Assembly: GCF_963921235.1 (NCBI RefSeq)
Contig: NC_086097.1
Coordinates: 150,910,001 to 150,974,000 of the forward strand
DNA from: Mobula hypostoma
Taxonomy: Eukaryota
DNA length: 64,000 bases
Direction: 5' to 3'
Shown: piece by piece, positions 1 through 11,821 of the stretch
Position numbering within the stretch: position 1 is the stretch's first letter
How the letters are laid out: every line of letters starts with the position of its first letter
Position numbers and translations under genes: made by a program
The notes under the pieces: model-generated
Seen by the model: only the letters and a program-made list of their open reading frames with translations
Databases searched by the model: none
What the model was told of the DNA's origin: nothing

Positions 1-104
1 GCAACACAGCACAGATACAAGCCCTTCAGCCCAATAGGTCCATGCACATCCAGCTAGTTCCAATTCCCTGTATTTGACACTTATGCTCTTAGCTTCCTCC
101 CAAG

Positions 105-272
105 CACAGTTTGTTGTCTTTTGCACACTGGTTGAATGCCCAAGATGGTCTGGTCTTTCATTGATTCATTGATTGTGGTTATTATACTGTTATGAACTTC
201 CTGAGCAAGCCCACAAGAAAATTAATCTTTTAAGTACATATAAGTACTTTGATTATAAATTTACTTTGAACT
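105..272 (+). mobile_element. Rex1/Babar-type LINE 3' UTR fragment
   Basis: Ends AATAAA-like ...ATAAATTTACTTTGAACTTT, the same tail as the Rex1 copy ending at ~48685. Confidence 0.55.
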
Positions 273-461
273 TTATGTACCTATCCAAGTCCTTCCTGAA
301 TGATACTGTTGTACCTACCTCAACCACTTCCTGTGGCATCTTGTACCATTTCCTTACTACCCTCTGTGTAAAAATGTTGCCCTCAAGTCCCTTTTAAATC
401 TTTCCCCTCACAACCTAAATTTATACCCCTTTATACCCCAAGATTCCCATACCCTGGGGAC

Positions 462-690
462 TGTTACTTGTTGTGCTTTGTAACTCCAAAAACATTAAAC
501 TAATTAAAAAGAAAAGACAGGAGTCTGAAACGTGAGTCTAACTTCATCTATACTTTAATCGAGACGTGCACATATCATGCGGCACAACGTATGCAATTTG
601 TATATTTTTATATATAACCTGCAATGAATTATTTAAACAAACAAGCATGCTTAATCAAAAAATATTTTCAATATTACTCTAATAATATTA
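462..690 (-). mobile_element. Solo LTR-like fragment related to the LTR pair at 31181-31815
   Basis: Reverse complement shares GATTAAGCAT..TGTTTGTTTAAATAATTCATT.CAGGT and GGAGTTACAAA with 31230-31810. Confidence 0.55.
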
Positions 691-2124
691 TGAGGAATAA
701 AGATGAAGCCTTGCCAATTTCCCCACAGTTCAGGCCCTCTGGTCCTATCAACATCTTCAAATCTTTCTAGTTTAACCATGTCTTTCCAATAACAGTGACC
801 AAATTGTACACAGTATTCCAGTTGCAGCCTCACCACTGACAATACAACTGCAACCTAATTTCTGACCCCTGTACTCAATGCCCTGACTGAAGGCCAGCAT
901 GACAAACGTTTTTATCGCACCCACTCTCCCCCCGTCCATCTGTAATGCTGCTTTCAATGAACTAAGCACCCGCACTCCTTCGACCCATATTCCTTTGCAC
1001 TCTCTAGTGCCCTATCACTCGTGGTACAAATCCTGGTATGATTTACCAAAATGAATTACCTCACATTTCTGTACGAAATACATTTGCTACTCCTTGGCCA
1101 TCTTCCCTAACTGATCAAGCTCTCCCCAATCAGGCCCTGTGCATTTGTTTCCAAATCATTTATGAAAATAGCAAATAATGAGGCCCCCAAACTGACCCCT
1201 GCAGCACACACTAGTTGTTGTTCTCCATTCCGAGAAACCACCTTCAACCATTACCCCCTGCCTCCTACATCTGAGCCAGTTTTGAATCCATCTATGTAAC
1301 TGTCCCTGTAATCCATGGGATATAACTTTCCAGACCAGCCTATCATGCAGAACCTTGTGTTAGGAATCATTATGGATTAGCATAATTATGGATGAACTAA
1401 AATGAGAACCAGTCTTCAGGAAATAAAACCTGCACACAATTTATCTTCCAGCAGATACTTTGTGGCTAGTGAAACCAGTCATTTTTGTGGGACATTCCCC
1501 ATGTGTTTTCAATGGGACAGTATCAGAAAGACAATGGCTGAACGTTCCTGATATTGTTAAAGCCCTATCCCTGCCACTTAAGGCATAGTTGAGGACAGAT
1601 CTATTTTGTCACCTAACCTTCTGGTTAGTTGTGTACTCATGGAACCATCCTTCAACACTGTAACGAAATGTGTATATTACAGGTGTCTGCAGTTTGTACT
1701 GAGGGTTTTGGAAACAACACCAATATTGAATATTCCAAAGTTCTGCTAGTTGGGATGTGCTACCATTGTAAACATGTAAATCTGTAAATTTACCTGACTA
1801 TACGCCAAGTATTAAAGTTAAGTAGGTGATCATTGCTATTGAAACAGTGATTTATCATTTATTGTTATCTTTCTGTTTGAAGAAGTATAAAACATCGTGC
1901 TGGGAGGGTCAGGTTATTTTAGATTCTCCTGGACTTTCTCTGCTGAAGGTTTGCAGTGTGAATTAAGACTTTTAATTCTCCCTATTACAGCTTCCATTTG
2001 GCCCAGTTTTAGTCAGTCACAACACTTGAAGGTCTTATTAAAGATTGATAGAAGATATTCCCTGCCCTGCTTGCATGTACTTTTTTGTTACGTTTAACGT
2101 GCATGAGAAAGAGAAAGAGAATCT

Positions 2125-2285
2125 CTTGCACCTTCCCCCTCACCTGTATTGCTTATCACATGACAGCTTCTACTCCTTCCTCACGCCTCCCCCCCCCCCA
2201 TCCCCATCCCACCTTGTTATTCTGGCTTCTGTTCGCTTCCCTTCTGTTCTTAATGAAGGGTCTTGGCCAGAAATGTCAACTCCAG
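2125..2285 (+). mobile_element. Penelope-like pseudo-LTR fragment with decayed hammerhead motif
   Basis: CTTAATGAAGGGTCTTGGCCAGAAATGTCAAC at ~2249-2280 after a pyrimidine-rich segment, homologous to the PLE termini elsewhere in the window. Confidence 0.55.
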
Positions 2286-2299
2286 AATGATCTCTAACA

Positions 2300-2510
2300 C
2301 AAGGCTCTGCATGATAGGCTGGTCTGGAAAGTTGTGTCCCATAGAATGTAGGGAGTGTTACTTAGATGGATTCAAAATTGGCTCAGAGGTAGGAGGCAGA
2401 GGGTGTGGTTGAAGGTTTCTCGGTATGGAGAACAGTGACGAGTGTGTGTTGCGGTGGTCACTTTTGGGGGCCTCATTATTTGCTGTTTGCATAACTGATT
2501 GAGATAAATG
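2300..2510 (+). mobile_element. CR1 RT fragment
   Basis: AGATGGATTCAAAATTGGCTC...AGGAGGCAGAGGGT (WIQNWL..RRQRV) motif. Confidence 0.6.
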
Positions 2511-2699
2511 TCTCCAGCTGTAACTGTTCTAACTTCTCCCATTTTGCTCTCTGTCTTGACTCCTGTAAAGTGAAACTTTCATCCGAGCTATTAACTCTTT
2601 TTCTCTTGCTACTTAATCAGCTGAATATTTCTATCATTTTATGTCTTTGTTTGATAGTAATATTAATTTAATGTTATTTCTTTATTATTAATATTATCA

Positions 2700-3545
2700 G
2701 TGAGGATTGGTATTAAAATTTCCTCCACACTGACATTCAAAACAGGCACACCTCAAGGATGCATGCTTTGCCCACTTACTCCATTTACACTCATGACTGT
2801 GTGGCTATGAACATCTCAGATACCATTTATCAATTCACTGTCATTGGCAAAATTTCAGGATTAAGATAGATCAGCTGGTTGAGTGGTGTCACAACAACAG
2901 CTTTGTTCTCAACATCAGGAAGACAAAGGAATTGATTGTGAACTTCAGGAAAGGAAAGTCGGGAGAACACACACCAATCCTCCTCGAGGAGCCAGTGGCG
3001 GCCCTCAGCATGTCAGAGGATCTATCCTGAGCCCATTAATGGATCGTTAAGAAGGCGCACTAGGAGCTATACAGGAGTTGAGGAGATTTGATTTGTACTA
3101 AAAACTCTAGCAAATTCCTACAAATGTAAGGAGGAGAGCACTCTGTCGGGTTGCTTCTCCACCTGGAATGAAGGCTCCAATGAACTGAATCAAAAGGGTT
3201 ATAGACTCAGCAAGCTCCACCATGGGTACAACCTGCCCCATTATCAAGTTGGCACCTATCATCAAGGACAGGCGCCATCCAAGACATGCCCTCTTTTCAT
3301 TTCTACCATCGCTGAGGAGGTACAGGAGCCTGAGGAGCCACAGTCAACAGTTCAGGAATATCTTCTCCTCCACTGTTAGATTTCTAAATAGACCACGAAT
3401 CCATGAATACTACCTTACTTTTTCTCCGTCTGATGTATTTATTTATTGTAACTTTTAGTAATTTTTACGTCTTTCACTGTACTGTTGCAACAAAACAAAT
3501 TTCATGACATACATCAGTGAAAATGAACCTGATTCTGATTCTGCT
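2700..3545 (+). mobile_element. Rex1/Babar-type LINE, 5'-truncated, degenerate
   Basis: TGTPQGCML..LYTHDC RT remnant; IIKD..HPRHALFSFLPSLRRYRSL C-terminus; tail AAACCTGATTCTGATTCTG. Confidence 0.8.
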
Positions 3546-3585
3546 TTTACACTGCAGGCCTCAGAGTTTCAAAGTAAATTTATTA

Positions 3586-4487
3586 TACCAGACAACAAAG
3601 ATTTTGCTTCCTGAATATTTTTGGGTGCATCATATGGATTTTGGTTTGCTGATCTAATACAGATTTTGAATCTTTTATATCGAGTGAGAATCATCTGATA
3701 ACTGAATCTGAGTTAAATGACCTGGTCAGAGACTTAGGTTTGTCAAAGGCAAAAGCAGAATTACTGTGTGCAAGGCCACAAGGACGGAATCGGCTGTCAC
3801 CAGGAACAAAAATTTCCATGAAGGATTTTGATACTTGAGACAGATGTTTCCCAGTATGCCAAGATTAGGGAAGACTTTTTTGTTGGTCTACAAATCAAGC
3901 AGGTTATCAGTGACAGGCAATTCAAAGAACTTCTAGTGGGACTGGAGAAAATCGCATGGATGTTACTGAAAATTTTCTTGGCAATGACAGAGCATCAAAC
4001 TACATCCAGCTGACTGACAACATGCTTCAAGCATACAAAGCCATCAAGTGCAAAATGTCACTAATGATTCATTTTCTGTATTCACATTTAGGCATTTCCC
4101 TGCAAATCTTGGAACTGTCAGTGACAGGCACGGTGCAAGGTTTCACCAGGACATTGTAGTCATAGAGAAATGGTATCAGGGCAACTGGAATCCATCAATG
4201 CTGGCTGATTATTGTTGGACACATAAGCGGGAAGCCTCAGACACTGAGTACAAATGAAAATCATCAACAAAATATTTTTAGTTGAACGATTGCAAAGCAT
4301 CAGCACCATTATGCAGTTAAATGCATTATTTTCAATAGATGTTAATGTTTTGTTTCTCCAAATTCCTACATGATACAAATAGTCTGAAATTATATTTCAA
4401 GCCTTCTGAGACAGCTTCAAACCTTCTATCATAACCACAAAACATTTCTGAGGAAGCAACACTTTTGAAAAAACTTGCTGTCCAGTG
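3586..4487 (+). mobile_element. Chapaev3-type (CMC superfamily) DNA transposon, internally deleted transposase pseudogene
   Basis: Remnants ELNDLVRDLGLSKAKAELL, MSLMIHFLYSHL and FPANLGTVSDRHGARFHQDI..IEKWYQGNWNPSMLADYCW. Right TIR CTTGCTGTCCAGTG vs decayed left TIR TACCAGACAACAAAG; 3-bp TTA duplication at 3583-3585 and 4488-4490. Confidence 0.8.
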
Positions 4488-4620
4488 TTATCAAAGTACA
4501 TATATAACCCTGAGGTTAATTTACTTGCAGGCACGCACAGTAAATACAAAGAAACAGAATTGAATCAACGAAAGACCAAACACAAAAAGTCATGTTTGTA
4601 AAAGTAACACACTACTGAAA

Positions 4621-6239
4621 TACCCCGCTTTTTGAACGTTTGCTTTATGAAACCTCACTGTTACAAAAGACCTACATTAGTTCCCTGTTTTCGCTAACAG
4701 AAGGTGTTTTCACAGTTACAAAAAAAGGCAGCGCACAAAAAAAGCAGCGCGTGATAAAAAATCAGCACACGCCCCGAGCAGCCGCTCTCCCCCGGATTCG
4801 GAACGGCATTCTTGCCGGCATTGCTTAAACACGTGCCTGTGAGCAGCCGTTTGTAAGATGAGTTGTAATGTACTGTATCGGAAAAGCCTAAAAGAGCTCG
4901 TAAGGGTGTTCACACTTAGCGTAAAACTAGACATAATTAAGCGTTTCGATCGTGGTGAATGAAGTAAGGACAAAGTGAGTTTGGCTTGTGGAAGTTGACG
5001 AAGCTGATGTTGAAGAGGTTTTGGCAACCCATGACCGAGAACATCAGATGAAGAGCTGATGCAATTGGAAGACGAAAGGATAACAATCAAAACTGAATGC
5101 AGTAGCGAACGGACCAAAAGTGAAGTCGCCCAGGAACTGAATGTGAAGCAACTGTGTGAGATTTTTGCTGCAATGATTGCAGAAAAGTACGACTTTAATT
5201 TTGAAAGGGTACATTGGTTTAGGACATATTTGCAAGCTGGTTAGAATGCTTACAAAGAACTGTATGATAGAAAAATGTGTGAAGCTAAGCAGTCAAGCAT
5301 ACTGTTGTTTTTCAAGCCCTCCACATCAGTCACAGCAGATGACGAACCTCGACCTTCGACATCAGGGCAGGCAGACATAGAAGAAGATGACCTGCCTGCC
5401 CTGATGGAAACAGACGATACCTCAGTGTCCCACCACCCCAACCCCCGGGCCGCGGACAGATACATTGCCGCGGAGAATGCAACGGTAGCCTGGATGCACC
5501 CAACATATCTTTAAGAAAAAAGCTGAAATAAACAATCTAATTAATTAAGTGCTAGGCAGCACCTAATTAATTCGCTTGTTTATTTCGATTTTTTTCTTAA
5601 AGATGTGCTAGGTGCGCCCCAGCCACCACTGGACTGCTGCATTCTTCGCGGGTCGGTATCGATCGGTGGCCTGGAGGGTGGGAGCCACTGCACTACCCCA
5701 CCCTCCGACCACTCAGCCTAACACACCATTATCAATGTGCTCGACGCTGCAGTCATCCTGATTCCCGTAAGTGATACTACACTGTACATACATTATTTCT
5801 ACTTTATATAGGCTGTGTATTTTTATGTGTTATTTGGTATGATTTGGCAGCTTCATGGCTTAAAGCCTACTGGAGAGAGTGTTTTTACTGAGAGCGCTTG
5901 CGTGAGATTTTCTGCCGAGAGCACTTGCGCTTTGTTTTTGCCAAGAGCACTTGCGTGAGATTTTCGTTACGGAGAACAGTGCAGGCAATGATTGTAGAGA
6001 AGTATTTCTACTTTATATTGGCTGTGTACTTCTCATATCATTCCTGCTTTTACTATATGTTACTGTTATTTTAGGTTTTATGTGTTATTTGGCATGATTT
6101 GGTAGGTTAACTTTGGGTCTGTGAACGCTCACAAATTTTTCCCATATAAATAAATGGTAATTGCTTCTTCACTTTACGACTTCCGGCTTACGAACTGTTT
6201 CATAGGAACTCTCTATCTTCGGATGGCGGGGGAAACCTG
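4621..6239 (+). mobile_element. Tigger (pogo-like Tc1/mariner) non-autonomous deletion derivative, copy 1
   Basis: Right TIR GCGGGGGAAACCTG followed by TA; left TIR eroded. Transposase N-terminal HTH remnant (KRARKGVTLSVKLDIIKRFDRGE) is fused to the acidic C-terminal remnant; paralogous to 10789-11821. Confidence 0.85.
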
Positions 6240-7102
6240 TACCAATGAGCAAACATCAACAAACTGGGCAAATACAAAAAAAACCCCACAATAAATATTG
6301 AGAACATGAGATGAAGAGTCCTTGAAATTGAGTCCATAGGTTGTGGGAACAGTTCAGTCTTGGATTGAGTGAAGTTGAGTGAAGTTGAGTGAAGGTATTC
6401 CCTCTGGTCCAAGAGCCTGATGGTTGAGGGGTAATAACTGTTCCTGAACCTAGCGGTATGAATCCTGAGGCTCCTGTACCTTCTTTCTGATGGCAGCAGT
6501 GAGAAGAGAGCATGGCCCATGTGGTGGGGGTCTCTGATGATGGATGCTGCTTTCCACCGACAGCACTCCGTGTAAATGTGCTCAGTGGTGGGGAGTGTTT
6601 TACCCGAATGGACTGGGCGGTATCCACTACTGTTTGTTAGCATTTCCATTCAAGGGCATTGGTGTTTCCATACCAGTCTGTGATGCAGCCAGACAATATA
6701 CTCTCCACAGCACTTCTGTCGGTCTGCCAAAGTTTCAGATGACATGCTGAATCTCCGCCACCTTCTAAGAAAGTAGAGACACTGCTGTGCTTTCTTTGTA
6801 ATGGCATTTATGTACTGGACACAGGACTGATTCTCTGAAATGATAACACCGAGGAATTTAAAGTTGCTGACCTTCTCCACCTCTGATTTCCTGATGGGGA
6901 CATGCTCATGGACCTCCTTATTATCAATAATCTACTCCTTGGTCTTGCTGACATTGAGTAAGAGGTTATTGTTGTGTCACCACTTAGCCAGATTTTCAAT
7001 CTCCCTCCTACATGCTGATTGGTCACAACCTTTGATTTGGCCGATGATGTCATCAGCCATCTTAAATATGGCATTGGAACTGTGTTTAGCCTCACAGTCA
7101 TA

Positions 7103-7385
7103 ATATTTATTTACTTAGCAATACAGCACTGAGTAGGGCCTCTAGCACCTCGAACCATGCTGTTGCAGCAATTCCCAACAAACACTAAACTAATGACATG
7201 TCAATTTACAATGACTAATTAACCTACCTGTATGTCTGTGGATTGTGGGAGGAAAGCAGAGCACCCGGAGAAAACCCATGCATGCCACGGGAGGACATAC
7301 AGATGTCAGCGGAGTTGAACTCTGAACTCTGACTGTAATAGTGTCATGCTAACCACTACCCTACCATGGAGCCCACTTTGATTTA
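7103..7385 (-). mobile_element. tRNA-derived V-SINE (HE1-like)
   Basis: GGATTGTGGGAGGAAAGCAGAGCACCCGGAGAAAACCCATG V-domain (reverse) and tRNA-like head; interrupts the Rex1 copy. Confidence 0.7.
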
Positions 7386-8166
7386 TAAGTGTAAAATGAG
7401 TAGAGCAGGGGGCTAAGCACACAGCTTTGTGGGGCACTTGTGCTAAAGAGATGTTATTGTCAATCCGAACTGACTGGGTTCTGCAAGTGAGGAAATCGAA
7501 GATCCAATTGCACAAAAAGATATTGAGGCCAAGGTCTTAGGGCTCATTGATGAGTTTTGAGGGGATGATGGTATTGAATGCTGAGCTGTAGTCAATGAAG
7601 AGCATCATGACTGTCCAGATGTTTCAGGATTGAGTGAAGAGCCAATGAGGTGGCATCTGCTGTGGACCTGTTGTTGACAGTAGGCAAATTCGAGCAGATC
7701 CAAGTGGCTTCTCAGGCAGGAGCTGATGTGTTTCATCACCAACCTCTCAAAGTACTTCATCACAGTGGATGCAAGTGCTTTTGGATCATAATCATTGAGG
7801 CAGGTACCATGTTCTTCTTAGGCACCAGTATAATTGAAGCCTGCTTGAGCAGATAGGTACCTCAGACTGCTAAAGCAAGAAGATAAAGACATCCGTGAAC
7901 ACTCCAGCCAGTTGATCAGCACAACTCTTTAATATTTGGCCAGATAGTACATCTGGGTTGGATGCTTTCTGTAAGTTCACCCTCCTGAAGGATGCTCTCA
8001 CGCTGGCCTCAGACTGAAATCACAGGGTCGTTGGGGGGCTGTGAGAGTTCGTGAAGGTTCCTCTATGTGGATCATCCTTCAGTGATTCAAGTTTGGTTTG
8101 GAATTGCCACTTCACATGTGAGATGGCTTTCTGAAGATCATACCTGGACCTCCAGACATACATGTG

Positions 8167-9530
8167 CAGAGCATTCCAGTTAATTGGGGCACGTCAGAAC
8201 TGGTATATTTTTGTCACAATCAAGTGGCTACCCAATTAGCCAAAGTTTCACGGAAATAGTTAAAAGGGTATAGAAAAGACAAGCTACCATTTAACTGAGT
8301 AATAAGATATGTATTTAAATGAAACACAGAATAAATTAGGACTCTACCAATGCTACTGCTGTAGCATGAAACTCTGTGTTAATTCCTAATACTTGTCCAT
8401 GGAGTTACTTGTCCGCTGTATGCTGCCGTGTACAAGGTGTTCAGGGAGAGGTAGCACCTCTGGTGAAGGGGCTTGTCTGTCCATTCTGGGGCCATTGGTC
8501 CCCACTGGACAGTCAGCTCTCACCTGTGGCTCCAAGTGGCTGTTTGCATGGGCCACGGTCACATCCCGGTACCCCGCTTCAACGGGCAAGCTTATTCAGT
8601 TGAAGGTAGCCGCAGGCCTCAGGCACTGGTGAATTAGTGACGTGCCTGCCTTAGAACGTGAGGTATGCTCCAGCGGAATGGGCAGATGAGATCAACAGTG
8701 AGATCCAACAGCCGAAAGGTGGTTCTGCAGTGCTTGATGGAGAGGAAAGTACACAATCAGGCACAGAACAAGTCATGGTTATCTACTGCAACCAAGGAAG
8801 AGGGAAACTCATACCACAGGACCTGGACTTCTGAGGTCAAGAGAGCGGAACTGTCCTGGTGCAACGGCTTTTCCACTTTAAAAACTCTTCTGCACAGATT
8901 TCACCGTCACCAGCGGAAATGACGTACAGTCAACACAATACAATGTTGCTTTGATTGACAGTCTATTAACAAAATCAGTGCAGGCTAATTATCTAAACAC
9001 ATATAGTGCAGATAATGGATTGCCATCATACAATGTTTTCAATGATTCCGTCTTCAAAATCTTCATTTTCATTGTAACATTCAAGATGGTTGTCGATACC
9101 TTCAAAATTTTTCATAATTCCTAACTTATTGAAGTAGTGAAATCATTTCATTTTCACTCCCGACCATTTCTAGCATTTCAAAGCCTGAACACTTGAAACT
9201 GTAGTAAGCAAAACAGTTTTAAATTGGCTTTTTACTTAGTTCTCACCAACTATCAGTGACAAAAATCCTTGCTTTTTCGACACAAGCACATGCAAATGAC
9301 TCTATTTAAAAATTGTTCGCTCTAAGCATGGTGCAGTGTCTAATGTTGACATGACATGCATGTAATTGACCCCGTTCAGCAACAGTCTCCTGTCCTAATT
9401 AAGCAGCATATTGTCCCAAGTAAAAGGAGGGAATCTCAGCTATTTTCTTGATTAGTTTTTGTTCTTCAAGAGTTCTCCTAAATAAGCAGCGTCTCAATTA
9501 ATTGATGGACTAATTAACTGGAATCCACTG
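8167..9530. mobile_element. Non-autonomous Tc1/mariner-type (Tigger-like) DNA element
   Basis: Imperfect TIRs CAGAGCATTCCAGTTAATT (8167) and AATTAACTGGAATCCACTG (9530); TA TSDs not preserved. Confidence 0.55.
8385..8925. mobile_element. GC-richer insert, probably an RTE-clade 5' UTR-derived fragment
   Basis: Composition break inside the AT-rich DNA element; general resemblance to RTE 5' regions, judged by eye only. Confidence 0.3.
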
Positions 9531-9584
9531 AATATATATATATAAGCATCTAAGTATATAAAGTATATATAAGTATTTCTATCA

Positions 9585-9676
9585 GTAGGCCAGGCAACAT
9601 GCAGGCCTACTGAGTTCCCTGAGCATTTTGTGTATGTTATTTGGATTTCCAGCATCTGCAGGTTTTCTCTTGTTTG
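9585..9676 (+). mobile_element. Penelope-like terminal remnant
   Basis: CTGAGTTCC..AGCATTTTGTGT..TTGGATTTCCAGCATCTGCAG terminus shared with other PLE copies. Confidence 0.65.
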
Positions 9677-9829
9677 TGATAAGTATTTATACACTTAGTT
9701 TGTAAAAAGAAATGGTTGGAAACCCAATCATGAAGTTACTAGACTTTCAAAATTAAATTTTAATTTGGATAAATTCATCAATAAATAACAGTGGGTTTTA
9801 TTCACTGAGTTGTCTTCAACCTCTGTTGC

Positions 9830-10190
9830 AAATATATTTGTTGCGGAGATGATATATAATCATCCTTCCCCCAAGCCTTGCCCAGGTGGACAGGGTTGAT
9901 GTTTCCCAAATATGGTATTTTGAACCAGGGCCACAGTCTGAAAATAAGGAATTGGCGATTTAGTTCAGAGATGAGAAAAAAAATTACCAGAGGGAGTGAA
10001 TCTTTTGTGTTCATAACCTCTCGATGTGGAGCTTTAGTTGCTGAGTACGTTCAAGACAGATGTTGATAGATTTTCAGATATTAAGGGTATCATGGCTTGT
10101 TGGTTTCGTGCAGGAAATTGGTGCTGAGGTAAAACATCCAGAGATGAATGAATTGTGAGCATCCCTGATGGCCAAATAGTCTACCATAGG
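9830..10190 (+). mobile_element. CR1 3' end fragment
   Basis: ACAGGGTTGATGTTTCC..GGCCACAGTCTGAAAATAAGG..GAGATGAGAAAAAAA..ACCAGAGG CR1 3' pattern. Confidence 0.6.
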
Positions 10191-10399
10191 TCTTATGTTC
10201 ATTGTTCAGTTTGTCCTTCCAGGTGATCACCAAGGTCTTACTGCAGAAGGGAATCAAGGTAAGATAGAAGTCAAGATAAGGTATTTATTAATAATTAACT
10301 TCCACCAATCTTTGATGTTAAAACAATTTTATAGGATGAGAAGCAGACAAAAGGAGGTAAAGGTCTATGAGGTGCAGAGAAAAAGTTCCATTTGCATAT

Positions 10400-10770
10400 T
10401 TTGCAAAGAATTAGTGAGTGGTTTATTATTGTACGCAAGCATGGAGAGATTAATTTTTTTGCATGCAATCCATACAGATCATTCAATCACATCCATCCAT
10501 ACATTGAGGTAGTACAAGGGAAAAGTAATGACAGATTGTAAAATAAGGTTTTGGAGTTACAAAGAAAGTACAATGCGGGTAGACAATAAAGTACAAGGCC
10601 ATAACTGGTAGATTGCGAAGCCAAGAGTCAATCTTATCGTACGAGAGGCTTGTCCAATTGTCTTATGACAGTAAGTTAGAGACCGTCCTTGAGCCTGGTG
10701 GTATGTGCTTTCAGCCTTTTTCATCTTCTAGTTGATGGGAGGGAGGAGAAGAGAGAAGTTCTAGAGTGAA
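10400..10770 (-). mobile_element. Rex1-type LINE 3' fragment
   Basis: GTCCTTGAGCCTGGTGGTATGTGCTTTCAG..GATGGGAGGGAGGAGAAGAG is the reverse of the ..LLPSGRR..LKA.TTRL.DSF C-terminus, plus 3' UTR. Confidence 0.6.
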
Positions 10771-10788
10771 TATTTATTGCAGGATATA

Positions 10789-11821
10789 CAGGTGTCCCCC
10801 GCTTTTCGAACGTTCGCTTTAGGAAAGCTCACTGTTACGAAAGACCTACATTAGTTCCTGTTTTCGCTAACAGAAGGTGTTTTCTCTGTTACGAAAAAAG
10901 GCAGCGTGCGCCCGAGCAGCCAAGCTTCTCCCTCGGAACTGCACTCTAGCTAGCATTGCTTAAACACGTGCCTGTGAGCAGCTGTTAGCAAGAGGAGTTC
11001 TAGGGTATCGGAAAAGCCTAAAAGAGCTCGTAAGGGTGTTACACTTAACGTAAAACTATACATAAATAAGTGTTTCGATCGTGGTGAACGAAGTAAGGAC
11101 AAAGTGACTTTGGCTTGAGGAAGTTGATGAAGATGATGTTGAAGAGGTTTTGGCATCCCATGACCAAGAACCGATAGATGAAGAGCTGATGCAATTGGAA
11201 GACGAAAGGATAACGATCGAAACCGAATGTAGTAGCGAACGGACCGAAAGTGAAGTCGTCCAGGAACTGAATGTGAAGCAACTGTGTGAGATTTTCGCTG
11301 CAATAATAAGGTATGACTTTAATTTTGAAAGGGTACGTAGGTTTAGGGTATATTTGCAAGATGGCTTCAGGGCTTACAAACAACTGTATGATAGAAAAAT
11401 GCGCGAGGCTAAGCAGACAAGCATACTGTCGTTTTTCAAGCCTTACATATCAGCCACAGCAGACGACGAAACTCGACCTTCGACATCGAGGCAGGCAGAC
11501 ATAGAAGAAGATGACCTGCCTGCCCTGATGGAAACAGATGATGATGAGATGACGCCCCAGTGGTCCCAACCCCCGGGCCGCGGACCGATACATTGCCGCG
11601 GAGAATGCAGCGGTAGCCGGAATGCACCCAGCACATCTTTAAGAAAAAAGCTGAAATAAAGAAGCTAATTAATTAGGTGCCATCCGGCAGGTAAATGTCA
11701 GCCCAGATCAGAGGCGACGCAATCGGCAATCGCATTCAGCGATCGGCAATTGGATCTTCATATTCCGCCTTACGAACCGTTTCATGGGAATGCTCTACCT
11801 TCGGACAGCGGGGGAAACCTG
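10789..11821 (+). mobile_element. Tigger non-autonomous deletion derivative, copy 2
   Basis: TA|CAGGTGTCCCCCGCTTTTCGAA ... TTCGGACAGCGGGGGAAACCTG|TA (TIRs plus TA TSD). ORF 11150-11659 (SHDQEPIDEELMQLE...YKQLYDRKMREAKQTSILSFFK) is the Tigger transposase C-terminal remnant. Confidence 0.9.

Larger units (their letters stand above)
1..1365 (-). mobile_element. CR1-type LINE 3' fragments (degenerate, interrupted by other inserts)
   Basis: Minus-strand ORF remnants VRLQLEYCVQF...DMVKLER (651-842) match the CR1 RT C-terminal RPHLEYCVQFW motif; a CR1 3' UTR-like segment lies at 1-460. Confidence 0.7.
3567..8160 (-). mobile_element. Rex1/Babar-type LINE (degenerate) hosting nested Chapaev3, Tigger and SINE insertions
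   Basis: ORF remnants MEKVSNFKFLGVII...KKAQQCLYFLRR (6650-6880), IIRDPHHMGHALFSLLPSERRYRSL (6200-6649) and CNWIFDFLT (7306-7515). The 3' tail TTCAAAGTAAATTTATTA|TTATCAAAGTAC is split by the 3586-4487 insert. Confidence 0.85.

Noticed and set aside
5876..5970. Three ~30-bp repeats (GAGAGCxCTTGCG) as a CRISPR-like array
   Set aside because: Tandem duplications without unique spacers inside a Tigger derivative; eukaryotic context with no cas genes
11150..11659. Domesticated TIGD-like gene
   Set aside because: No DDE domain, lies between TIRs, and the paralogous copy at 4621-6239 has stops
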